From: Somniosus microcephalus
Lineage: Eukaryota
Reading direction: 5' to 3'
DNA length: 64,000 nt
Assembly: GCA_052327205.1 (NCBI GenBank)
Contig: CM126207.1
Coordinates: forward strand, 165,726,001 to 165,790,000
Shown here: in pieces, positions 12,933 to 25,500 of the stretch
How positions within the stretch are numbered: position 1 is the stretch's first letter
How the letters are laid out: every line of letters begins with the position of its first letter
Notes under the pieces: generated by a model
Told to the model about the DNA's origin: nothing
Seen by the model: only the letters and a program-made list of their open reading frames with translations
Databases searched by the model: none
Translations under genes and position numbers: made by a program

Positions 12933-14173
12933 TGAGGAAGTGTTCTTTTATATTACAAAACGGCTTCACAAGGTACAGAATAGAAAACACAAAATGGCTT
13001 CCATAGATTAGTAATTGCTAGTTCTGCTGTTAAAGCAGAACTCTCCAATTAAGAAAATGACCTCAACTGGTAATTAGTACAAAGTCCTTCAAAGATACAT
13101 ACTGTAAAGCCTCCCTATCTCTTTCTCAAAGCTAGATGAAGAGAGTCCTTGAGTCATGTATAAACCAGGATGTGGAGTCAGAGAAGAACAGCACTTATAG
13201 ATTAGATAACCTTTCTGTAGGCATTCCTTTTTGTTCCAGTCCTTTTTATCCTTGATTAAAGTTTGACTAACACTATATTTTTCTTATTACTAATTATGAT
13301 CTCAGACTTCGATCATGTGAATCTGAAGGCCTGCTTTAACTATTAATGTGTTATCTTTTGCCTATGATCTTTGAAGTGGTCAGCATAGCCATTGTCTACA
13401 TGTCCGCTTCCCTTGTATACAAGAACTAATAAAGTCTTCCTTTGATGATACTTTGGGCTAAAAATTCGGTATCGCCGCGCCAGGTCTTTAGTGCCCGAAA
13501 TTTTGCGCTCGCCCGGATTCCCGTAGCACCCGCCTGAAATTCAGTTGTGCCGCCCCAAGACGGAGGCGGGCGCTATTGCAGGGTTTGACCACCTCGTTTG
13601 GGGCGATGAAAGTCAGTTTCAGGCGTCCAGCTGCCGCTGCGGCAACCGATGTGGTGCAGCCGGCTGGGGTACTGCAGGCCTCCTCCTTTTCTTAAGGAGG
13701 AGCTGCCTGCAGCCGTGAGATCGCCACTGGATTCCCCCGGCAAATGAGCCCGGCACCACGGAGAAGTGCCGGGCTCGCAGGAGTCAGACACCAATGCCGC
13801 AGGGGGGTGGTGCAGGAATCCGGGGAGGGAGGTGCGGCCAGGCGGCCACCGGGAAAGCGGCCGGCCGCCCCTCCACCTTTATGCGCCGGCCTCTCGGAGC
13901 TGCAAGGCACCGTTTTTCAAATGCTGTTTGCGGCCGCTACGGGCGAGGCGGCCGCAACTGAATTTGGCCATCGGCACGGAATAGCACACCAATGACGTCA
14001 TCGGTGCCGGCGCAGCGCTACCGGCTAACGCCGATGTTAGGGACCAACTGAATTTTGGGCGTTAAAAAACTTCCGGCGCAAACCACTCTATAGCCAATAA
14101 GTGGGCGCAAATGCGACTGAATTTCTAGGCCACAGTGTTTAAAGAGTCTTACTCGGAAGTCGAGAGTTTAACA
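12933..14173 (+). repeat. ERV 5' LTR (contains a MITE insertion)
   Basis: Starts TGAGG exactly where Tx1 homology stops; TATAAA 13159-13164; AATAAA 13428-13433; ends TTAACA 8 nt before the PBS. No 3' LTR to confirm the end. Confidence 0.75.
13454..14132. mobile_element. GC-rich non-autonomous DNA transposon (MITE-like) within the ERV LTR
   Basis: Terminal inverted repeats TGGGCTAAAAATTC / GAATTTCTAGGCCA; abrupt GC jump inside an AT-rich LTR; no coding capacity. Confidence 0.65.
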
Positions 14174-14181
14174 GTCTTACT

Positions 14182-14199
14182 TGGAGGTCCCACCGAGAT
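14182..14199 (+). promoter_or_regulatory. Primer-binding site complementary to tRNA-Gln
   Basis: TGGAGGTCCCACCGAGAT, 18-nt complement of the vertebrate tRNA-Gln 3' end; candidate splice donor CG/GTAAGT at ~14217. Confidence 0.9.
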
Positions 14200-15066
14200 C
14201 GCTTGCTGCCTTTCGGTAAGTCACGGACAAAGACATCGTGAATTTCTAATGACAGATCCTGAATGGCCACAGTGATGTTTTATCATATAATAAGTATTTC
14301 TCATTAGATACTGAATTGGTGTAGTCTGTTTCTTCTGAAGGAATACTGCGATAAAGTTAAGACTCGTGTTTTAGATTTGAGTGAATCCTGTAACTTTTGC
14401 TTCTTTTATTTTAACGTTAAAAGGAGGAGGATACTGACGGCTCAGGTCTCAAAACTATCGGGCAAAGGAGACACATCCCAGTTGTGAAAGAGAGCGCTAA
14501 AAGTTAAATCTGCAGTATCAAGGGTGGGTCCCTTGAGCCGGGGTTAAGGTCCCGCAGCAGAAAGTATCGTTTGAGGATTGTCACTGTGTTTTAAAGACCT
14601 GTATTACCTGGCTCAGGACTATTCTCCGTTGAGATACCTTCTACGAGGGTTCAAGCCCCTTGCATTAAAGCATAAGGATTTTATATGAACATAGAGGTTA
14701 AGAATTATTGCAACCATTGTTTTCCGTTTTGTTTGTTGATTGTTGACAACATTAAGACAGAAGGCTTTCACATAAAGTATAAGTTAAATGTTAAGGACTC
14801 AGCTTGTATTGGCGTACAACGCAAACTGAGAATTGACTATTTGTTTAGTTTAGAGTATAAGATCAATGTCTGAGCATTTTAATGTCTGTTTGCCTGTTTG
14901 GGCTGTTGCATTACTTGTCATTTCTTTGATTGTTGTTATCACTTTTTATTGTTCATCACTTATGGTCCTTTGGACAGTCAGTAATAGTCGTAAGGGGGTA
15001 AAGGGCGAAACTTGCGATCTAGAAGAAGAGTGCCTAGTATAAATTAAGAACTAAAACTTTACTAAG

Positions 15067-16144
15067 ATGGGAGCTTCACAGAGTAAGATCCCAGAAAAAG
15101 GGATCCCGTTTTTTTTACATCTTTAACAACTATGGTCGAATGTCCACAAATGATTGATCTAAATGGTCTAAATGGACCAAGAAAGACAAACATGTGTTCC
15201 GAGCTACGGACAATAGTCCACGAGTTACCGGGCCCCTCACAGGACTTAGAAAAAGAAATTAATGAGCTCAAAAGCATCGTTATTTGTCATCAGCCCACTA
15301 TTGTGGACGTCGACCAGCTACTCAGAGCTTGGTTAAAAGATTCCAAATACCACCTTTTAACAGATGGTCCAGGTAGTTTAACAACCATAGAATAAATCAG
15401 CACTGGAATCCTGAAACACTACCAAACGATGCATTCTGGACCATCTTATATACAACAATGCATGCTAAATTCCCAAAAAGAACTAATTGGACAAAAATAA
15501 TTGAAACCACTCAGAAAAAGGACGAAGACGTTGAGGATTATATAGAAAGAATAGAAGCAATTATGGGGCAACATTCTGGAATGACCAAAGAAAATTACCA
15601 GATCCCTTTAATTAATGCCCTTGTAAATGGTCTCAGAACAGAACTTAAAGATCCATTGACTTTTGTCTGCCTAGATTGAAGACATAAAACAACTCCTGAA
15701 TTAACACAAATTCTGATTCTGAAAAGCATTCAGGAGAGAAATAGAGACCAAAAGAGTAAGGTTTCCCTCTTAATGGAGCAGACAGCTCCCGCAGCTCTGA
15801 CTGCCCAGACTACCATTTATTATCAGGGCCACTGCAGAGGACGAGGCAGAGGGTATAACAGAGGCGGATTTAGAGGAAATTGTAGAGGAGGGACTGGCAG
15901 AGGCCAGTGGAATGGAAGAGGCGCAAACTCTCCGTGTTTTAACTGTGGTCAGATCGGACACTGGAAGTCCGACTGCCCGTTCCCCAAGCAGCAGAATCAA
16001 GGATGGAGAGGTGCCCCAAACAATGTAGATACCCAAGCCCAGGTTCACACTCGTCCGCAGACAGGTTTTACAACAGGGAATCCTTGGGGAGGTCAAAATA
16101 CGGAAGGACAATTCGGTTCCCCCGGGCAAAATTATTCAGCATGA
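15067..16144 (+). pseudogene. gag: ERV gag (decayed)
   Basis: MGASQSK myristoylation-type start at 15067; MHR QKKDEDVEDYIERIE; RGG-rich NC with CFNCGQIGHWKSDC; stop TGA 16142-16144; internal stops and frameshifts. Confidence 0.85.
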
Positions 16145-18799
16145 CGTGGAGAAGCAGCCCCGAACGTTACCCACATTCTTCAATTACCTTCAGTATCACT
16201 AAATTCTAGCGATGAGCCATATTTATCCATAGAAATGCAGGTCAATAGAGTTCCTTTTCTTGTTGACACAGGAGCCACAACTTCACTATTAACAAAGCAA
16301 TACGCTGGAGGAACACCGTGTACTGGAAAGAATGTCACTTGTGTAGGACTTTGACGTCTCACAGACTATGACGTGGTCACAACCATTAGAAATACAAGCA
16401 GGCAATTTCTCTGGCCAGCATGCCTTTCTTCTATCAGATCAAGCCCCTATGAACCTTTTAGAGAGAGATTTGCTGTGCAAAATGCAGGCATCAATAATTT
16501 GTTCAGAAAAGGACTGCAGGTGCACATCCCTACCGATAGATGTACTATGTGCCCTTTACAAAAATGCTCCCCTCCCATCGTCTACCAGTGGACAAACAAA
16601 AACCAAGAATTAAGCCGCACATTAATGATGATTGTAGGAGCACTGCAATGTGCCTCAAGAGCAGTCTCAGAGTACCAGAAGGATTTGAAATTAGACAGCT
16701 GGCACATGAATCTGCATTGCACTGCCTTTTATGATGACACGGGAAAGAACACGACTATAAAAGATAGTTTCAAACCCTTTTTTGGGCCATAACTTCCTGT
16801 TTTAGCTATTCAATTGGATCCCGTTGCATGCGGCCTGCCTGGATGCCTGCTAATTCTAGCTGTTGTGCCACAAGCTCAAGGTATAACGCTCAATCACCAG
16901 TCTGTTTTATTTGTACCACATTCTGTCGAGGTGCTACTGACAAAATGCGCCACTCAGCAGTTGACATCAGCCCGCAGCAGTAAATATGAGGTTGAGTTAT
17001 TATCCAACTCTAATCTCCTAATTCAAAGATGTTCGGCCTTGAATCCAGCCACGCTGCTACCCACAGAAGAAGACAGAACACCACATTGCTGCGAAACGAT
17101 CACCCAATTGGTGACTAAGCCCCGAGCAGATTTATCAGAAACTCCGATTTCCAACAGTGACTGAGCATACTATGTAGACGGGTCAGCCCTTAGGGATGAC
17201 AAGGGATCACCTAGGGCTGGGTATGCCATATCAGATGATCACTCGATTGTGGAGGCACTCTCACTACCTCAATCCTTTTCAGCAACAAGCAGAACTCTTC
17301 GCTCTTACAAGAGCTTGCATATTGGCTCCTGATCAAACCGTTAATATTTATACCGACTCCAGGTATGCTTTTGGAGTTGCTCACGATTACGGACAGAGCT
17401 GGAAATTAAGGGGATTTCTAACTTCCTCAGGTTCAACTGTTAAGAATGCTGAACAAATCAATAATCTTTTAAAGGCCCTCATGTGTCCCACTAAGATTTC
17501 GGTTATTAAATATCAGGCTCATACAGGTAGTCAGGATCAGATAGCACTGGGTAACGAACGAGCAGACAGAGCTGCTAAGTCAGCAGCTTTGTCTGATACA
17601 GGGCCACAAGTTTCAGCCTTTGTTCTGCATCAACAGAAATCAGACAATGATCCACCCTCTATTAATGATGTTTTAGCCTTTCAGTCACAGGCTAACTCGG
17701 AAGAAGTGTTAAGTTGGGCAAGGGATTCTTGCTTTAAAACGCCTGAAGGGGTATGGGTTCACCATGACGGCCGCATGGTGGCTCCTAAATCTTTACTCCC
17801 ATGGATTGCCCGATGCGTTCATGTGTTCACACATGCGGGCAAAGGGGGGATGACAGACCATATTAATCAAACATGGTATGCACCAGGTATTTCGGCAATT
17901 GCAAAACAAATCAGTGAAAGGTGCACCACATGCCAGGAAATGAATCCAGGTAAAACAGAAAAAGTACAGTCTGCCTCCCACCCGAATCCATCATGCCCTT
18001 TTGTATATTTACAAATGGATTTTATTGACTTACCTCCATATCTAGGATTTAAGTATGTATTGGTAATTATAGATATGTTTTCAAGATGGGTCGATGCCTT
18101 TGCATGTAAAAAGAACGATGCTGCAACAGTAGCAAAGTGCTTGTTAAAAGAAATAATCCAAGGTTTGGAATACCTATGCAGCTTTCAAGCGATAGGGGAT
18201 CGCACTTCACTGGAACAATTGTAAAAGAACTATGTAAAGCTTTGCAGATTAATCAGCATTTTCACTGCAGTCATCATCCGCAATCTTCAGGACTGGTAGA
18301 AAGAAATAATGGAGTGCTGAAGAATAAGCTTTCTAAACTTTGCAATGCAACTGGACTTAAATGGGTCGAACTATTACCCTTAGCATTGATGATAATGCGA
18401 GCAGCAACTAACAGGGCAAATGGACTGTCACCACATGAGGTTGTCATGGGACGACCCCTAAGACTGCCATTCTCAGCACCATTTACGGTGAAACAAATGG
18501 ACATTAATAAAATGGATGAGAGTATGCTAAACTATTGCATTTCATTAACTAGATGTATTTCTAGCTTCCACTAACAGGTAATGGAAGCTCAAACGGAACC
18601 AGCAGAAGGAAAGTGCCATAACTTGGATCCTGGAGATGACGTCGATGTAAAAGTTTTCAAAAGAAAGAACGGTCTGCAGGCATGCTTTGAAGGACCATAT
18701 CAAGTGCTCTTAACAATAAACACAGCCATAAAAGTCAAGGAAAGATCTTCCTGGATGCATGCATCCCACTGCAAGAAGGCACCGAGTAGAGACAATTGA
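16145..18799 (+). pseudogene. pol: ERV pro-pol (protease, extra-domain remnant, RT deleted, connection, RNase H, integrase)
   Basis: FLVDTGATTS (D codon 16265); LDPVACGLPGCL; YVDGS/QAEL/YTDSRY/GNERAD; IN HVFTH..CTTC, QMDFI, SSDRGSHF, SGLVER; FEGPYQVLL..WMHASHCK. Confidence 0.9.
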
Positions 18800-18818
18800 A
18801 TCTTGAAAGACTTAAACA

Positions 18819-19136
18819 ATGAAGAAGTTACTTATATTTTGTATACTAAACGGACTACTGAGTCTAATATGCCAGGGAGATGGGGAAAGATCCCGAAAGA
18901 AACGAGAATTACACATAAAAACTTTTTTGTACATGTCTTACAAATATGCTAAAGCTGGGGGCAAATCCAGTTGTCGGGTCTGTGCCCAAATAGCTATTCA
19001 CACCACGGGAGGGATTACGATTGAATAGGATAAAATTTTAAGGGCCAGATTGGGAACAACAGGCTAGGAAAAAGAAAGAGGACTCCAGGAGCACTTGAGC
19101 TCATGAAGACCCGTTGGCAATGGAGAAGTTGAGGGA
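18819..19136 (+). pseudogene. env: ERV env N-terminal fragment
   Basis: Signal peptide MKKLLIFCILNGLLSLIC directly after pol; SSCRVC resembles the class I env CWxC motif; truncated at the junction back to Tx1. Confidence 0.7.
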
Positions 19137-19331
19137 CCTTGCCACTCCAGGAGCCACGTGGCCTCGTCTCCCGGAATAGTGTGGTTTTCTTGCAGGAAGC
19201 ACACCACATACTTTCCGTCCCGAAGGACCGAAAGGTTATTAAATCTGCGGCGAGCCTCCCTGCTGCCATTGATGTTGAGGCTGGCTATGGTTGTCTTCAT
19301 ATCAGAAGCATAGTGCAACCTCTACCTACAC

Positions 19332-21475
19332 CTAACGGGGGGAGGGAGCGCAGCTGCTAGTCGACCGCCACTCCCTCAGCAGCCCAGTGAGGAACGACCT
19401 GAGTCTATGCAGCTCGAGAGGACTCATGTCCTGGTCCGCACCCATGATTTTGACGGTGGCACAGACCGATCCAATGAGCAGTGCCAGCTCTGACCACCTG
19501 TCGAGGGCCAGCCGGGTCTTGTTTTGACGACCCAGGCACGCGGCCATAAAATCCCGGAGCTCCCTGACGGGAATGAGGGGAGACCAGGCGAGGGGCACGA
19601 GGTCATCCATCACCTCGTCGGCGATGGACTTCAACTCGTCCTCCGCGCCCATCACCGAGTCCCCGTCCTCCTCTGGGGGGTCGCCACCAGCGGCCGACCC
19701 ATCCGTCGTGCAGTGCGCAGCGAACGGCTGGGCCGCATCAACTGGTCCCACCTCTGCCCAGATCCCACCCCCAGGATTGGTGGGAGAGGATTCCTCCCTG
19801 GGCTCCTCCGGGGGAGCCATGCCAGAAGACGGTGGCAGTTCGGAGTCCCCCTCCGCCCCAGATGCCAGAACGCCCAGAGAAATCGGGGAGAAAACAAATT
19901 GAAATTCCACCAGGATGTCCGGTGCCAGAGGCACAGTCAGGGGGCCTTCCTCCTCCTCATCACCAGTCTCCGACCCAGTGGATGGGGTGTCCTGGACTAA
20001 AATTTGAACCAGGTCGAGCAGCCCCTGGGAAATGTCCGCCTCGCATTGGGTGTGCTCAGTTTCTTCCAGCACGCCCAACCCAGACCCCAGGCCGCCCGAC
20101 CCGGCGAGGGTTAACGGTACTGATAAAATATCTATTTCCACTGCGGGTTGTTCCGCGACCCCCCCCATGGGCAGGGTCTCGTCCCCATCACCGGGAGGCA
20201 CGTGCTGGACAGACACATCTGCCTCAGCCTCCCAAGGGACAGGTGACACCTGCCGAACGCTGGTGATGGTGACAGCAGGGCGGGGGGGGGCGCATAACCC
20301 GCGGTGGGCGATGACTCCCCCTGCTCGGAGGGATCCTACCTCCTCCCGGTCCTCCTCCTCTTCCAGGGGGTCACACCTTCTTTCTAGCGCGGAGGGAGCG
20401 AGGGAGACCTCCATGTCTGCAGAGGCCTCCTCCTCTGCTCCATCTGGCGGAGCAGGTTTGTCGGGTACTTCGGGCACGAGCCCGGCCGCAGGAATTGGCA
20501 TTTCCGCTACGGCGGTTGTGGCCACGGGCTCAGGCACGAGGACCCTCCCGCCCTCGTCTGCCCCGACCAAATCCGCGAGGAGGGCGGGTGTCAGGGGCTC
20601 TAAGTTTAGGGGCCGGCCCTCCGCCGGGGGACCCGCCCTGAGGTGTTTCATCTTACGCCGTTCCCTCCTTCCGCCCAGACGGGCTCCCTCCCCCCCGTCG
20701 GAGGCCCTGGTGGCGTCGGCCTCCGACGTCGACCGAGCATCAGTGGCTCCCGACGCACGGACTGATCAGTGGGGGGAGCGGCGGCAGCGCCAGCCTCAGC
20801 CAAACCAGACGATCTGGCAGCATTGGAGGCGGGGCAGTATTTTCTGATGTGCCCCACCTCCTTGCAGGCGTGGCACCGCACACCGTCCGACATCCAGAAG
20901 ACATGATAGGCGGTCCCCTCGTGGAGGATGATGTAAGCCCCGTCGTTGTCCTCCTCCCGCGCCAGCTGGATAAAATGCTGGCGCCGGAAGGAGAAAACGT
21001 GGTGAAGGCTGGCCACATGGAAGCCGAGTGAGATGGGTGTAAACCCCGACCTCACCTCCCCAAGACGGCGTAAGTGGGGGAGGAGGAGCTCACCAGGTAC
21101 AAAGGGCAGGAGGTTGGAAATAACCACCCTCTGCGCGGCGGCCTCGAGGGTGTCCACCGGCAGGAAGGTCCCGCCCACGGTGAGCCCCTTGGTGACGGCC
21201 ACGGACACCGCCCGCTCCGACCTCAGGAAGAACACAGCCTTCCCGTACATTTTTGAGGTGGCGAGGATGGTTGAAGGGCCGACAACCCCAGCCATGGCCT
21301 TTACACACGCCTCAATTGTCATTGTGGAGTGGGTGTAGCTCTTCACCCCAAGCTTTTTAGTTGTTAAAGAGAAAGGTGACGGGGCCGCAGAAGCAACGGG
21401 AGCAGCCGTGGCTGTGGCTGCCACCGCCACATATGACCTAGCCGGCCCCGACACTGGCGAAGAAGTAGACGCCAT
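19332..21475 (-). pseudogene. Tx1 ORF1 of copy C, split by a 1-bp deletion near 20767
   Basis: ORFs 20648-21475 (CHACKEVGHIRKYC) and 19332-20651; copies A and B read through this point. Confidence 0.88.
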
Positions 21476-22505
21476 TATGGGGTGCTTTTTTCAAAAAAGA
21501 GCTGTGCTCACCCCAAGTCACAAGCCTTAAGATATTTAAGAATGACTTCTGGTTCTTTTTGAAGTCCTCTATTTGAGCAGAGGGAGCTGTTTAAAATGAA
21601 GGCAAACCTCGCCCTTTATTCATTGAAACTGGGAGATAGGCCTTCTCCCCTCTGCTCAACAGGCAATTAATTAATAGATGGAAAGGAGGTGCCTCTTGAG
21701 AGAGAGGTATAGAGAGACAAAGAGAGGGAGAGAGGGTGGTGGGAAGGAGGGAGCCCGCAAGGGCAGGTATGCCACTCAGGATGGAGGGCGGGTGGGTGTC
21801 GGAAGGGGTGCACCCTCCGATGGAAAAACAACGTCTCGGAATGGTGTTCTTCTGGCAGGGGGAGAAGATGTCTTCGCCTGGGAAAGCTGGAGAATGCCCA
21901 GGCTCAGTCCCACACCAGGTCTTAACGATGTTTGATGGAATAAAAGACTTCGCCTAGGCAGCTCCAGCTGTCCCAGGCCAGGCAATAGAAGGGGGTGTTT
22001 GATAGTGGTGTGTGTGGCCTAGTATTCTACAAGAGCCACACACACACACAGACACCCCTTGGTGTTCTGGCCAGTCTTCTTTCCTCCCCCCCACCTACAA
22101 TACAAAGTCTTTTGGAGAGTGCACCAAATAACACCCACCTGCTGATGTTCATTTGGAGATGTTATCCTTCCCTCCTTCCAAGCAGTTGATGGTGGGTGTT
22201 GGTTGTTGCTTCTCTCCCCTCTCTCCCTCTCCTGGAATGGAGGCCAATTTGGGGAGGCAGTGGTGGAAAGGCCTCTCCTCTGGTAGATGTTGGCCTCCTT
22301 TTTCCCTCTCCTCACCTCTGTCTTCTCTCTCCAGGCACCTCAGTAGTCGCTGTTGTGGTAGTGGTGGTCTGTGGTTTTTCCTTCTTCTCCTCCTCTCTCT
22401 GGTCAAGGAGACCACCACGTTCCACTCTCCTTCAGCTCCAACCAGCAGCACAGAGAGCAAGGCAGTGAATGAATAAAGCTGGGTCGGTCCAGTCCCTGTC
22501 TTGTC
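20339..22505. repeat. 2167-bp direct repeat, copy 1 (ORF1 N-terminal part + 5'UTR)
   Basis: Matches 27505-29671 at offset 7166 at both ends; roughly 15-20 substitutions counted by eye. Confidence 0.93.
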
Positions 22506-22567
22506 CTCTTTTTATAAACCCAAAAATAAACCCTTAAACAAATAAACCCTTTAAATGACCCGATTAA

Positions 22568-25500
22568 TCAAATTAAAATTTGGCCTCTTAAATCGATTAC
22601 GCACTCCAGTCCCCGCGGCGCCCACCGGTCACGAAAGAGCTCGAGCTCGCCGGCGGACACCGCGTGCTCCATCTCCAGGGCCACCCGGCCGCGAACATGG
22701 CCGCGGAAGAGAGGGAGGCAATCCGGCCGGACGACCCCCTCGGCCGCCCGCTGCCTGGACCAATTAATGGCTTTCTTGGCCAGGCCCAGGAGCAGGCCCA
22801 CGAGGAGGTCCTCCGACCTGCCCGCACCCCTCCGCACCGGGTGACCGTAGATCAAGAGCGTGGGACTGAAGTGCAACCAAAATTTGAGGAGCAGCCCCTT
22901 CAAATAGTGAAAGAGGGGCTGCAACCTCCCACACTCGACATACACATGGAACACGGACTCCTCCAGACCACAGAACAAACAGGCGGCCCGGGAGTCCGTG
23001 AACCTACTTAAAAACCTATTGCACGGGACTGCTCTGTGCAACACCCTCCAGGCCAAGTCCCCAATAGAACAAGGGAAGACTCCCGCATAGAGAGCCCCCC
23101 ATTGGGGACCTCCGCCTCCGCCGGAAGGTAAAACGGCACGCCACGGCGTGTCCGGACGGCAGGCGAAGATGGCAAAGTGGAAGGTGTGCAAGAGCATCCC
23201 GTACAGGAAACCCCTCCGCGCAGAATGGAAAGGCACGGAGGGCGTCTCCTCGAGACGGCTCAAGTTGTGAGGCACCAAACCCCTAGGGGAGCTTTGGGGC
23301 AGGGCGCCGATATGGAATTCCGTCCAAACGGGAGTAAGCCCGGGCGGGATCGCCCCACGCGCTTGAGCCGCCTCGATACACCTCGCGGCGCCAGGGCGCA
23401 ACCTCGCCTTCACCGCCTCGATGGCATCGACCGCGAGCCGGACGTTGCCCCACGACATACGCCGCGCCAACTCCTCCGGCGCCATCCAGCCCGCTCCTCC
23501 GCCATCGAGTAGGTCCCCGACTCTAGTCACCCTGCCAGGCACAGCCCTCCGCTCCGCCAGCCGCCCAAACTCACGGACGCGGAGGTGCGGATTCCTGAAC
23601 AGCGGCTCTCGAAGGACAGCCGCCATTCCTGACGGGGGAGAGCTCCGCCTGGAGGCGACGGAGTTCCAAACCCATAGCAGTTCCTGGTAAAAGACAGGCA
23701 GCTCCTGCAGGCTGGCACGCCTGCTGCCCACTTCCAGAAACAGGAGCTGCATGTCGTAATTGAGGCCGTGCAGCTGGCGGAAGAAATACGTCACCAGCGC
23801 ACGCCATCTGGGAGGATTCTCGACGTACAGGTATCTCTGCAGCGTCTGAAGACGGAAAGTCGCAGCCTGGGTGCGAAGGCACACCAGCGCCTGACCGCCC
23901 TCCCTAAGCGGGAGACTCAGAACCGCGGCAGCGACCCAGTGTATCCTATTGTTCCAGAAGAAGTCGACGAGCTTCTTCTGTATCTTGGCGACAAACGCAG
24001 GGGGGGGGATCAGAGTAACCAACCGGTACCACAACATGGCAGCCACCAGTTGGTTTATGACCAACGCCCGACCCCTGTAGGACAACACTCGGAGCAATCC
24101 TGTCCAGCGTCCTAAGCGAGCGGTGACTTTGGCCTCCAGCTCGTGCCAGTTCGCCGGCCAGGCGTCCTCGGCCGGGCTGAGGTAGACTCCCAAGTAGAGG
24201 AGGTGCGTCGTACTCCAGGCGAAGGGCCTGAACTCCTCCGGCAGAGAGTCCACCTGCCACTGACCCACCAGGAGTCCAGAACATTTCCCCCAGTTGATCC
24301 TGGCGGAGGATGCGTCCGAGTAAATCTGCTGGCATTCCCGCATCCTCCGCAAGTCAACGGGATCCGTGACCATGAGGAGCACGTCATCGGCGTAAGCCGA
24401 GAGGACCACCTCCACGCCCGGCCCTTGCAGAGCCAATCCCGCCAACCTCTTCCGCAAGAGGCGCAGGAAAGGCTCCACGCAAATGGCATATAACTGGCCG
24501 GACATGGGGCATCCCTGACGCACCCCCCTCCCGAAGCGAAGGGGCGCCGTCAAGGACCCGTTAACTTTAATCAGACACTCCGCGGCAGCGTACAGAAGTC
24601 GGATCCGGGCGACGAAATGCGTCCCGAACCCGAATGCGCGCAGAGTCCCGAAAAGATACTCGTGATCCACCCTTTCGAACGCCTTCTCCTGATCCAGGGA
24701 AAGGAAGGCGACCGACAGACCAGCCCTCTGGGAATGGTGGACCAGGTCCCGGACCAGATGGATGTTATCGTGAATGGTCCGGCCCGGGACCGTGTAGGAC
24801 TGGTCGGGATGGATCATGTGGGCCAGCACGGTGCCAAGGCGAACGGACATGGCCCTGGCAAAGATTTTGTAATCCGTGCTGAGGAGGGAGACCGGGCGCC
24901 AGTTCTTAAGGAGGCGGAGATCACCCCTCTTAGGCAGCAGGACGATCAGCGCCCTGCGCCACGAGAGGGGCATCTCCCCGGTCGCCAAACATTCCCCCAG
25001 GACCCGCACGTAGTCGCCCCCCAGGATGCCCCAGAATGCCCTGTGGAACTCCACGGTCAGCCCGTCCAACCCCGGGGACTTCCCCCTAGAGAGCTGGCGG
25101 AGGGCGCCGGACAGCTCCTCCAAACTCAGAGGAGCGTCCAATTTTTCGGCGCCCTCCAGGCCGACCTTCGGCAGGTCCTCCCACAAAACTCTGCGCGCTT
25201 CCTCGCTGGACGGATCCGGAGAGAACAGAGCCCCGTAATAGGCACGGGTCTCCGCGCGGATTCCCTCCGGATCCGAGACCGGAGATCCGTCGTCGGCCAG
25301 CAGCTCCAAAAGCTGCTTACGGACCCCCCGTCTTTTTTCCAGCGAGTAGAAGAAGGGGGAGCCGCGGTCCAGGACCCGCAGGAACTGGATCCGCGACCTC
25401 ACGTACGCGCCTCGGGACCCGACGAGCCGCAGGTCCTTCAGCGCGCCCTTCTTCTCTTCGTACGCCAGCCGCAGGGCCGGGTCCTCGGCGACTTGACCGA

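Larger units (their letters stand above)
12933..19136 (+). mobile_element. Endogenous retrovirus (epsilon/gamma-like, class I), RT deleted, env truncated, 3' LTR missing
   Basis: TG-start LTR, tRNA-Gln PBS, gag MHR and single CCHC, LVDTGA protease, RNase H, integrase with GPY/F, env signal peptide with CxxC. Confidence 0.92.
9181..22505 (-). mobile_element. Tx1 copy C, full length but decayed, interrupted by an ERV at 12933-19136
   Basis: 5' end at 22505; ORF1 21475-19332; ORF2 starts at 19300, resumes at 12932, stop 9258-9260; 3' end TAAAAGAG abuts copy B. Confidence 0.92.
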
